Below, piece by piece: positions 24,301-36,400 of a stretch of DNA of 64,000 nucleotides. The notes under the pieces are model-generated. The model saw only the letters and a list, made by a program, of their open reading frames with translations. It searched no databases and had not been told where the DNA came from. How positions within the stretch are numbered: the stretch's first letter is position 1; every line of letters starts with the position of its first letter. The stretch comes from Phoronis australis (taxonomy: Eukaryota > Animalia > Phoronida), in the NCBI GenBank assembly GCA_002633005.1, contig NMRA01000088.1:917233-981232 (forward strand), read 5' to 3'. The translations under genes and the position numbers were made by a program.

Positions 24301-25437
24301 CTGAACAAAGAAACAAAACAGTTGCATTGACAGTAAGAAGATGAAACCACCATTACATTTGGTCTTCAAAATGAACAGAATAGAATTTTGAATTGGTTCC
24401 TTTTACAAACTAAAATTTTCATTTTTAAAACGAAATTTGCCAACGTCAAACCTAACTTAAGATGTCCTAAAAAAAAAATTTAAGGGTGAGTTTCAATGCA
24501 GAAGTTATGGCTTCGTTAAACACACAGATATTTAATGACACAAACAAATGGAAAGATTGGAAATGTGTTTTTGAAACATGAAAGAAGCCAGAGAGTTGAA
24601 ATTTAAGTAGTACTTTTTAACTTGGAAGTAACAATGGAATGCTTTCTCGCTTTTTTGCACACTTCTGTACGTTGTTGTGTTGTGTTGTGTATATTTGTTA
24701 TATGTACTGTCTTTTGTAATAAATATGTAAAAACATGTTTAACAGCGGCACACAGCAACTTGCCTGCTAAAAAAATTCATCTCTCCAGAACACACATGAG
24801 CAAATTTCAACAATTATTAATCATGCCTTACAAAACAATCATCTTATTGATTGGGAGAATGTTTTTATCATACACAATGCCTACAACAGGTTCACTAGGT
24901 GGATAAGAGAATCCATTTACATCAACAAAATGGGTAGTGTGAGTATGAGCAGAGATCTGAGACAATTTCAGCTGGACACAGCATATAAACCCAATCTTCG
25001 GCGGAACGAAATTTCTAGTTCTGCCAACTCCGATTGTGATGTCACACATCAGGGTACTTGACGGCCGCACCATGGTGGGCGAAAAACATTAACAGAATTA
25101 CGACTTTATCGTCTATGTTGAAAGAACTTTGCTCATCATAATTTGCCTGCAGTCCTGAAATGTGATCACAGTTGTCTAGACTGCCACTTGATTTAATAAT
25201 TTTCGCTTCACGCATGTCTGCATATTTGTCTAAATTATCAGGGTGTTCTGAATGTTTTTTGTCCGTCTTCGCGTCATTTTGTTCTGTATTTTAATTAAAA
25301 AGGACTACCACGGAAATAAGCGTCTCACTTTCTAGTGCTATTTTGGATGTGCACATTTTATTTTTCTTAACAATTACCACTTTGTTTATCTTATTCGTTG
25401 TTTTCCTTTTTCATAGTCCGCGGTTATTCCTCACTAA

Positions 25438-25568
25438 TTTAGCACACAATATGGCCGACAACGTTTGAAACTATGTCGAATTCCTTTGCAAAACAAGGAT
25501 TTTTAGCACATAATAGGGCCGATAACGTGCGAAATTGTGTCGAATTCCTTTGCAAAACAAGGATTTTA
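25438..25568. repeat. Tandem duplication, 64-bp period x2
   Basis: TGTCGAATTCCTTTGCAAAACAAGGATTTT occurs twice. Confidence 0.85.
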
Positions 25569-25922
25569 GTCTATGACTAGCATTTTTTGCACTGCGTAGA
25601 CAACTTTTTTGGTAAATTTTACATTACATTTGCAGTAAAGTAATCAGCTATAGAAAAACAAAAAAATGACAATTTTGGCAATTATTTTTTGTGCGAAATA
25701 AGTGAAGCATTACCACGCTGTCATCATTCAGACGATTTTTGCCTACAGTCAAAGTTCCCAAATCTATCAACCAATCACCACCAGAAATTTACCAAATGAA
25801 GCCCGTTCACCAAAGAACACTCAAGACAAACAGAATTACATTGTAACAAAAGACACGTGACACAGCCAGAGTATTAACGGTGTGCAGCCACTGAACTCTT
25901 TCAATCCCCCACTGAGTCCTAC

Positions 25923-26073
25923 CTGACGACTGGTCTCCTACATAGCCGGCAATGGTGATGCCGAGGCCACCAGAGTCTTTCACTAGTTCCACCTGGAAGT
26001 ATTCCACCTCAGGGGGACCTTCGTCGACAACCTGAGGCAGTTTCTCGTCTACAGGACTGGTCTGTTCATCAGC
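25923..26073 (-). CDS. MPDZ: MPDZ/PATJ exon: start of PDZ3 (ADEQ...FQVELVKDSGGLGITIAGYVGDQSS)
   Basis: Acceptor ctgcag, donor G|gtagga; 151 nt, phase 0 to 1. Confidence 0.88.
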
Positions 26074-26299
26074 CTGCAGCCAGGAGTTCAGCAGATATTA
26101 ACAATTTTGACTGCACAATGAACTGCATTCTTGTAGAACCTACAACTTAATATTCTTTGTATTAAGTGGATCTCAGTTGTTATGGTCTCATAACACAACT
26201 ATGGGTGAACCGAACTACAGAAAATTTTACTCTCATTAGCTTGGTTTATACAGCACACATGCCATAAACATCATTTGAAAAAGTCTGCATGGCAATAGC

Positions 26300-26388
26300 C
26301 ACTTGCAGGATCCTATATTTTGAAAACAATGTTTCTCCACTATTTAACAAGTATCAAAATTGGTTCCCAAAATTCAGGCCCCCGGTGA
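26300..26388. mobile_element. ~80-bp palindromic MITE, copy 4 (diverged)
   Basis: TTTCTCCACTATTTAACAAGTATCAAAATTGGTTCCCAAAAT resembles the family consensus. Confidence 0.5.
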
Positions 26389-26561
26389 CTATTGCCATTT
26401 TCATTACTTGCAGTAAGGTTTCTAGCCTTTGAAAATCAAAAATGGCAATTAATTATGTCCAAAAGAAGTGAGGAATTAGAAAATTAAAAATGAAATTTTA
26501 TAATACAATCACTATCAGGTCTCGCAAAAGCATTTGATTGCACGTATCACACTATAACCAC

Positions 26562-26849
26562 CTGCTGAATGAGGGCTTCCTCTTCGATGTACACCTCTGG
26601 GTAGACCTCAGTGGGGTTAGCTGCCAGAACCGCGTAAAGCTGTTCAAGGTGTTCATCCAGTTGCACTGTGGGGATGACGGGTGCATGCAGCTGGTAGTTC
26701 GCTGCCGGATCAGTGATGCCGCGCGCCACCACTAAGCGGACATGACTGCCCGACTGGCGTAGCACAGTGGCCACCTGCTCAGAGCCCATTCCACGCACAT
26801 TGACTTCGCCAATGTGTAGGATGTGGTCCCCACTACGGAGACGTCCATC
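26562..26849 (-). CDS. MPDZ: MPDZ/PATJ exon: C-half of PDZ2 ([16 protein letters not shown]...VRLVVARG) plus linker
   Basis: Acceptor tttttcag, donor CAG|gtggtt; 288 nt, phase 0 to 0. Confidence 0.9.
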
Positions 26850-28390
26850 CTGAAAAATTGTGATCTATTACGGTATGCATTTTTTAATTTACATGCATCT
26901 TAATATGGGAGAATGTTATTAGCCGATTTTTCCCTCCGAGGCCAAATATTTACTTGGCACAACAACCTTGAAAAACAATATTAACCCATATAAAAACAGG
27001 TAATTTACCACATACTTCAGTTTTAATCCACATTTTTTCGACAACTCCCGTGCAATAACCATGTCACGTGACCTTACAATAATGTTCTAGGTTATTACAA
27101 AGGCACGTGACACGTTTATTACACAGGTGTATGAAGACACGTGTGGTACAAAGTCAATTAACAGGTTTCTAAGAGGGGTAAACAACCATTTTTGAAGTTA
27201 TATTTAGTAGAAATAAAGATCCCTGCTTACCTGGAAGGACATTTTATTTTTTGCATTAACTACTGTTACCCCAGTGTGTATTTACTGGCAATGCAACCAT
27301 TGAAAGTATTCAAATTTATTCTTACCAAGCAAATTAAGATACTAACAAGTTATCATGCCCCATCTCTTGTTAAACAAAAAATAATAGAGGGCACTCCAAC
27401 GCACATACAAGGGGTGGAAACACTTCGCGTCCATAAGTTCCAGCTACAATCTCCCAACCTCCAGCCTCAGACCAGCTTCAAAACTGTGGTACAAACTCCT
27501 AGACTCGCATCCCGCAGAAATTGCACTCTCAAGTCGCGCAATACCCGGTGACTGAACATCTGCCGTGGGACCAGATTCCATGGCCGCAACACTGGTCCAC
27601 AGTTACAATTTAGAGGTGTGACAAAGGAATCTGTGCCCAGCCGTATGAAACAGTCCCAAATAGGGACTCAACTAAGTACCCCAACTTTAGTGCGTATTTA
27701 TGTCTTTCTTTACACATATTTCATCTTGATCATGAGCTCCTCTGATTAATGACTTGTTCAAATAATGTAACTAAATAGCACTTAGTCCTGAGCTCAGTGA
27801 AAATAAATAGGAACTTAGTCCTTAAATTTTAAGGGGCATTGCAAGGAAAAAACCCTATTTACGTTTGATAATATTGAGAATTAAGCATAGAGTTCACTCT
27901 CGATTTGTATCCAAAAATTGACTTAGTAATGAAACTAAAACAGTGTAAGAAAGGATAGTCAGTGTTTTCACACGTCCACAAATACGCAACAGAGCACTAG
28001 TCCCCAGCCAAGACAGGGGTTTCGTTTAGGGGTACAGGTCTGGGGATTAGCACCGCCAGTTCACTTCTGCTGGTGTGGTGCCGGAGTTGACAGTTGTAGC
28101 TGGAATTCAGTTTCCATCCCTCAAATTAACGGAGAATCACCGCCATGAGGTAGTTAAAGTCTGGTACAAACAACATGACATTCATTTGTACCATAGCTAA
28201 TGACCGCCTCAGTTAACATATGCCGAGTTTGCTCATTGCCAATAAATACTGACAAACATGTCTAACTCATGAAAGAAAACGAAAAACGATTTCTGAAATG
28301 TTCATGTCCAATACTCCCCAAGGAAAAATAGCTAACAGACCTCAACACTTGTTTTTAATCAGTTCCAGCATGAACTTTCTTCACTACCAT

Positions 28391-28664
28391 GTATCAAGTG
28401 CACTCAGTATCGAGTGCACTCAGTATCGAGTGCACTCAGTATCGAGTGCACTCAATATCGAGTGCACTCAGTATCGAGAGCACTCCATATCGAGAGCACT
28501 CCGTATCAATGCACTCCGTATCGAGTGCACTCCGTATCGAGTGCACTCCGTATCGAGTGCAATCCGTATCGAGTGCACTCCGTATCGAGTGCACTCAGTA
28601 TCGAGTGCACTCAGTATCGAGTGCACTCAGTATCGAGTGCACTCAGTATCAAGTGCACTCAGTA
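28391..28664. repeat. Minisatellite, 16-bp unit GTATCGAGTGCACTC(A/C), ~17 copies
   Basis: Read directly; the unit contains the 10-bp palindrome GAGTGCACTC and explains the three overlapping repetitive ORFs. Confidence 0.96.
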
Positions 28665-30485
28665 GCAAGTTTTACAATATTTATTTCTTGTTTTTAAAAA
28701 TTAAGATTAATTACAAGAAGTTAAGAATTACAGCACAACAACAGAATTTTACAAGATTATTTTCATGACACTTGTTCACTACACGAATTCACTGACCATC
28801 CCCAGTTCCTACAGATGACACAAAAGTTTAGATAAACTTTTCTAAACAACACTTTCTATTTCAGTAAATGTGGACAGAAGACAGAGGTTGGCATCAATTA
28901 ATTTAAAACAGATGCTTGTCTGCCTTCAGCCTTCAGTCAACCTAAAGATATTACCAGAGGTAATCCCGCCCTTGTCATTACTCTGTAGAATCAATTATGT
29001 TACATTGCTACTCTTCTCACTTAAACACACAACAGCCTAGGATTTTATAGCTGTTTAATGTCCCTCATCAGAATAGAAGGCAAATCACAATGATGGGTTG
29101 TTTTGATAGACTTCCCACAGTTTATGGGACCTTCTAGATGAACACAAGCTGAGATAGCCCTAAGAGCCCAACTAACGGCCTCCCCACACCAGCAGCAGAA
29201 AGAGAGCCAGGAAAAGCATAGGAGTGAGCATCATCTCATCCACTCAGCACATGCCGATTACATCAAAGCCATGCTTCACCGCTTTCTAAACATGTTGCAA
29301 AGCCATTAGTTGTAACAGCAGACAGCCAGACTGACAAGTTGCCCATCCTTACAGCAGAGGTTCTAGACACTGTAACACACTGTGGCTTGCTTTGCCATTA
29401 TCTGAACTGGGTACCTTCTAAGATGATGTTTACATTATCCAAGAGAAAATACCATCCACTTGAAGGCTGTTTTTTGAATAAACATGGAGACCCATGCAGA
29501 GGGTGTGAGAGGTTCTGTCAAACTTGCCCGCCTCATTCAAATAACAGACAATCTATGTTTAGTCAGTTTTCTGAGCAGAGCAGAATGACAAATGCCATTA
29601 TCACAGGCTTTCACATTTGAAATGCATCCGTGGCAGAAATTGATACATATTTTACTTGAAAAGAAAGTATGACTAAATTGTAATAAAGCGGAGCTTTACC
29701 GGGAATTGTCCAGACACCCAAATTTTACAAAGCCAGCAAAACCTGCCAAATGATGAGTTGTGGCTGTTGGAAGTAAACCACAGAAAGTATGGTAACCCTA
29801 CTTCAATTTCCCGGAAAATAAATAACCAAAGCTGCAATATTCAGTTTCAAAGGCTAATTACATTACTTAAATAATCAGACCGGTTTACCCCAATTTGCTT
29901 GCATCAGTAGTCCAGTGGGATTTTTGTAGGTATAGAACTTCACCAGATGCCACACTGAAAACTGCTCGGCTCTTCAGAACCATGCATTCACATTTTTGAA
30001 GCGAGGTAGATAATTGTTTGAGAGGAATATCTCTAGTCTAACACTCCATAATAGTGATTTAGAATTTTCCCTTTCACGCAATTTAAAAACCTTAAGGATA
30101 AATATGTATGTTTATTTTATAACAATAAAATTAAAAAGATTACATAATGAACGAAAACATGGAGAGTCTTACAGTCTGTTTATATCCTCCGGCATTTCAC
30201 CCCGCCCCCCCCCCCATTCACTGATTTAAGTACTGGACACCTATTAAGAGTTTATCTGTAGCCTGTCAACAAGTTGGCATAGCACCGTAGTTTTTGCATG
30301 ACATCCATTAGAGACAACGGTCGTCCCTTCAGCAGAAGTAATCGGACCTGCTAAACTGAACGGCGTATACAACAACTAAGTGCATTATGGGCACTTCCTT
30401 ACCCCCGACACCGCTCATCCCTCCCCAAAAAACCTCCAACTCACTCTACGAACAAGCATAACAACCTAATAGGAGGTGTACTCAC

Positions 30486-30620
30486 CGTGTCGGCAACGCC
30501 CCCTGGCAGGATCGTCTTGACGACAACACCGGTGCTCTTGCCCCCAATGATACCAAAGCCGAGACCTGAGCCATCATTGATCAACTCGATAACTTCAAGT
30601 TGTGTCCATTCTGTGTTCAG
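30486..30620 (-). CDS. MPDZ: MPDZ/PATJ exon: N-half of PDZ2 ([45 protein letters not shown])
   Basis: Acceptor tgtttacag, donor ACG|gtgagt; 135 nt, phase 0 to 0. Confidence 0.94.
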
Positions 30621-32356
30621 CTGTAAACAGAAACACCACGAAATCGTGTAAGTGATCGATGTCGTGGAACAAAGTCGCATTTCTGAAGAGTCCCATCGCA
30701 CAAAGGAATCAAATTCAACCAAAAACTCAATTTCATTCGGGAGCCTTTGCGCATTCCTCGGGTAACTTAGGTTGGCTTAGCATAACGTTGTTAAGATTCT
30801 ACAAATTAATTTCTACTTTTCTCAGGTTCAATGCACTTTCCATCTATATCCATGGAACCAGACAGATTTTTAATCACAATCTGCTAATACGTCAAATATT
30901 AATTTCCTGTATCATGTCAAGCTATAAATGCAATTGCACAGGCCACAAAATCAATCTATATTACTTATGCCCTTTCTACATTTACAAGTCATGCACGTGT
31001 TGAGAAAAATGGCAATAGCGTTTACACCAAACGCTGAAGTGCGTTACATGGATGCCAGGAACTTGCGTAAAAATAAGAGCACGCAAAATCATGCGAGTGA
31101 AAGGCGAGTTTCTCTCCCGTATGATCGCCACCTTACTAGCAAAATAGCGACCACTGCAGTGATAGGTTGGAAAGTTTGTTCCGTTAGTGAAGATTTCTCG
31201 CTACAAGTAACTTGCAAGTGACATGAGTCTGCTGAATGCACCCCTGGTTCAAAATTTCCTTTTCAGCCAGAATTATCAGTATACTAGGTTATCCAGAGCA
31301 TTACCGACCCTTCAATGATTAGGGGAGTGTCGGCTGGTGTGAAAGATTAACTTTAAGCGTTGATGATTTGATCTGGTGTGAAAGGTGAACTTCGGTGCCA
31401 TCTGAATAATCACCAGGTGTCGCTGTGAAAAGCGACACGTGTCATGTTATTATTCGATAATATTTCATTCAAATATTCAACACCATTTTGAATTTTTATA
31501 ATCAGAACATACATGTACAATTCTTCAGCCATAGAAAATTATTGACGCAAAATATTTTCGCAGCGATTGAAAGCTTCAACAGTTTCTCAGTTTCCATACT
31601 GTCCTTTTGTATTGATCAGTTTATAGCATGGAAGGGGAGGAGCAAGCCTATCCATGGCAACAGACGAGGTGCCACTTAATACATTTAAAAATGAACTAAA
31701 AGCAGATTCTGCTCCTGTTCACAGCACAGCAGAGCAGCTAAAGTGCAACCTTCGGAATTGTGTCCCCTGGGGGTACCTGACCTTTAGGTCACCCCGATGC
31801 TACCACAGCATAACCTTTGTGTATATCTCCTCCTTTTCATTGACGCTCGCACAATTTAGACTTCGCAATGAAAAACAATTGAAATTTTTATCCCTCGAGA
31901 TGATCTCGAAGCCTCAACTCACATGCGACCTTGACACAGCTTCATGATGTATCGTCACCAATAACAAGTTCATAAATCAATCAATCAGACCGACCAATAA
32001 TTAGCGAAAGTACTGCAGCTATTCACTGTGCAAACTACGATAAAAAACTACCTAGTCTTACCGCAAACTAGTGTCAAAAACTAGCCTCACAGCAAACTGT
32101 AATCATGGCAGCCACTCTGACAGGTGCAATTTATCCGCACTTCACACATAACGACTTGTTCACCTCAAATTGTGAACACACAGCCACGAGAGTGACCAGT
32201 CACACAACCAGCGTGAACTCAACAAGCTCCATTACCCAATCAACAATTAAAAGCACGAGACAAAAAGCAGACGAGAATCTGCAATACAGTGCAACCCGCA
32301 TCTCTAGGCACCAATCCAGTGTGCTCGTTCCAAGAGGCTTCCGCACACGTACTCAC

Positions 32357-32578
32357 GTTAATGCGTCTACGTCGACGGCGAGATCTTGGTGAAGGTGACG
32401 CAGTATTCAGTACCAGAAGCCATGACAATAGGTTGGCTGCATGGACATTGCCAGCGCCCATTAAAGGGGCGCCACTTACTTCGCTACTTACTACTGAGTC
32501 GTCAATAACAGATGGCTCAGCCCGTACTTCGCCTAATTTGACTTCTAGTTCTCCTTCAATGACTGTGGGTTTGCCAGA
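32357..32578 (-). CDS. Candidate alternative exon between PDZ1 and PDZ2 (74 aa ending SPSPRSRRRRRRIN)
   Basis: Acceptor ttacag, strong donor AAC|gtgagt; 222 nt, phase 0 to 0, stop-free; weak pyrimidine tract. Confidence 0.45.
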
Positions 32579-33264
32579 CTGTAACGGTCAATATTCCTTT
32601 GACGTGCTCAACTGAATAAACTGGTTAAGTTCACAAGATCTACGGTCAGTACAACTTGTATACTGGGATAACCCGCATGTATGTAGAGACCATACAAAAA
32701 TAAAAAATCAACACTTCTAACATTAAGTGAACAAAACAAACCCGAGAAAAAATCTGATGTAAACATTTCAGGCTGGACCGTCCTTTTTCCTCTACGCCAA
32801 TTACTGGGCTCATTTTTTCAAAATCCGTAAGCTCGGCACAAGCTAAGATGGCCGTAACTTCAACTTCAATTATCACACAGTTAACTAACATGTCTTCTGA
32901 AGGTAGTCATTAACTTGGACAGCCGATTCAGATTTTGACGCATAGAACAGCATCAACTCACCAAATGTCACCAGGCAAAATTCCCAGTTCACCTAACAGA
33001 AACTGAGGTTGCCAAAAAAAAAACAAAAAAAAACTACCACTATCAGTAGCATGCGTCTGCATCCTTTTAGCTCGCCCGTCCACTCCCAACCCACACATTT
33101 TTGGCTGCAGAGCGGTAGTATTTGTCGCCGCGCTTAACAATAACACGAGACGCCATTGAACATCCCACCACGCTGTCCCAGATGCCCCGGCAATGTTGAC
33201 AATTTACGTTCCTCCGAAACATAAAGAGCAACTTCCACTTTTCGAGGTGAACGTCGTTTGCAAC

Positions 33265-33401
33265 GCCGCGGTAAGAAAGGAATTTGCCGCGGAAATTTTA
33301 TATCAAATCCGATTTTTTTACGCGGAAATCTTATAAAAAAAGCGGGAAGCACGTTTCAAAAAAGCGGAAATCCGCGTTTCCGCGGAAAATTCCAAGCCCT
33401 G
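33265..33401 (-). mobile_element. Possible hAT-like transposon end remnant
   Basis: Terminus reads CAGGGCTTGG on the minus strand, with clustered subterminal GCGGAAA motifs; no partner end found. Confidence 0.35.
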
Positions 33402-36400
33402 AGTGCTGACCAATCCCACCCCCCGCTTCCCCTCTCGGGCCCCATATCTTGCACACAGGCTCAACTCTTCAGGAAGACGATCAAGATTGGGCCCTTCATA
33501 TTCTTACCAAGCAGTTGCGACTTCTGACTATTTACTTCCAGTAATATTCTGAATGCATACTCAGATACTGCGTGGACATTTCGTGGCCACCTGGCAATTT
33601 TACCAGGTCGCCAAATCGAGCCATGAATATATTACATGTGTTTTATATGGGTGATATTATTAGCTGAGCTTGCGATCTGGGCTCTCAAAAGTTCGTGATA
33701 CAAGTTTACTGCCGTGTAGTGTTGACTATTAGTGGAACGATGCCATTGTAGGCACCCCGGCCGGCGGCCAGGAAAGCAAAGGGCCCCGACAGCGTAGCTT
33801 CGCCTTGGTGCAAGCTGTATACTTCATACACAGCAGCCGTTGCACCGACGTGGGTAAAAACTCATGAAGTAAAATCCAACACAAAATTAGTGCCATTAAA
33901 AATTACACTCTTCCTTGAGTAAACTAACTGAAAAATTGGCGTTCTGGCGTTCACTCTGCTGCTAAAATTGTGCGCTCTTTAAGGTCGGCGCCGTCACCTG
34001 TTGCCTCATTGGCCAGTTTCATTCCCCGAGTTGTTCTTCCTCCAGGTATAACAAGCAATCAAACTGTTCTTCCAAGTTGTGAACACGTCACAACATATTA
34101 TTAGAGTTGATTTCATTTCCTTACAAGTTTTTAGTATTTTAATACCTGGAAACCGAATTTCATAAAAAATTCGCTCCTGCGAAGCTGTCATCATCTCCCG
34201 ACAGATGTCGCAAAACTTTAGGAAATAGCGTGTGTAGAGCGTACTGTTTTCTTTGTTACAAAAGGCTGAGAATTACGAGATAAAATAACGTTTACTAGAT
34301 TGTTTTTCACTTAACCGGCTCCAGCGGGCAAGGTGAGTGTCCAATGACACCCAGATATTTGCACGCTCCACTGCCAGTTTACAGCCCTACATGTTGATAT
34401 AAATTTCGCGACAAGGTGATGAGCAGAACTACCCGGGCTATGTGAAATTTCGGAGTCTAATGGAGCTCAACACACGCTTCTGGTACCTAGCTGTATTTCG
34501 AAGATAGTCTTCCTACAGCTAGCTGGCTGACTAGGCCCCGGAAAAAATCAACGTCACAGGAAAGAAAAACGAAAAAATTTGTGAGTATGCACATGTTGAT
34601 CTGTTGACCAGACTACGTACTCACACGGCTAATGACATATATCTCTTTGTGCTCTACAGCCTCGGTGACGTCACAAAAAACAGCGCTTGCAGTGGAGCTT
34701 TACGGACCTAATAAATTTTTACTTTTCAAAGTAAAAAAGAAAAATACTGTGCACTATTTAGGAATATGTGGATGCCAGTAACCAACCTTTATACTTTCAA
34801 AATTCACATTAAAATGCTGAAACACGTAGTTCAGGCCTCTTTTAAGGTTGCAATGATCATGTCGTAACATCAATCGCCATATACCTATTACCTTGTTCAG
34901 TGGCATGTCATTTTGACGTTTTGGACCCGTCAATTAAAACTAAGATGCCAAAATTACAATAATAATAATAATTTGGCCAGATTTTGGAAACGCTGTAAAT
35001 TACTAAACACTTTGAAAGTTATTACCCGGTCAATGGGTGTAAAAGTTTTTAGAGCATACGGTAAAGTATGAAAAAATAATGACCAAATTTTATTATTTTT
35101 TCATTTTCAGTCGTTGACTGTATTGTCAAATTTCAAAATTTCACCGTGTTTACTGAAGACTGGCGTACTATATCAAGTTTTAAAATAATCATGTAAAATT
35201 GTCTCCTTGCTTACTCTTGTTGAAATTTTTGGTATATTGTGTATTAGTAGAAGAAGCCTCACTGTATCAATTAATCCAAATGCTTAATTTAGCACAAAAT
35301 TTCAAGTGTCAAACTGACCCTGTGGTTACCTGAATCGGAAAAAGTCCAAGATCTGCAAAATTTTTGAGCCTGTGAATTACTATTCCTATTTATAAGCCCA
35401 AATCACAACATAATTAGTGGCAGATAAGACATCACTAAACATCAAAATTGCTGACCAATGCACTTGTTGTCGTGCTGTGGATCAATTTCTAACTTTTACG
35501 CAACCCAACTCTGGTTTTACAGTACGTAAGAAGTGGTGACCAGATATTATGGATCACTTACCGTAATCATAGAAAGTCAAATGACTATTCCAGAAATTTT
35601 AGGCTTTTAAACAGAGTTAAAGATATTGAGTAATTATAAAAGTATTAACTGAAAACGCCATGGAAATGACTACATTGCACAGGTGTTTAAAACAGGGTCA
35701 ACGACACTTAGGGCTGCAGCATGGAAAAATAATTATCGCAGGGGCACTTACACACTACAACACAACTGAAAAGCAATTGTTCGCAAGGAAAACCAACTCA
35801 AAGTACTCTATTTCAAAACTACAGTGCATCTTGACTGCCTATGGGCAATCTTGTCACAACAGAATGGAACAGGAAAAATAATGGCTTCAACCGATGAACA
35901 TGGAGTCATTTTCAGCTTCGCACGTGACTTACTGATTTCTGACGTAGTGCACGTAGTTTCTTTCGCAAGTGAAACGCTGCGACCAACACGGTACCCAGCA
36001 GGGCGACATCGTCTGCGTATGTGTTCATTGGCACACATCGAGAGTAAACTTCATAATCTACGAAACGCACTTCCTCGCACTAATCGACGGTGAACAAAAC
36101 GAATCCAATGCCTCTCGTGAAAATCTCAGTGTCATCATTTTCCAAACATTGACCTTGTTTTAATTCTTCTCATGGCACTGGAGAGTACAGGTGACAAAAT
36201 CAGGTGATCCCCTATAACATCAGCTCATTAGACCAACGGGCATTGCAAAGTGCCTCTGTCACTTTCAACAATAAATCCAAGACAGCAACGGCAGCGGCCA
36301 CAACACACTCCCACAGAATATTGAAAAAATTGCGAAACTAACAACAATTGATGGAGGTGCCTTATGACCTGCCTTAATGTTTATACCAAGGATGTAAGAA

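Noticed and set aside
28298-28768. Three overlapping ORFs of 83-156 aa, and the possibility of a CRISPR-like array
   Set aside because: These are translations of a 16-bp tandem repeat. There are no unique spacers and the context is a eukaryotic intron.
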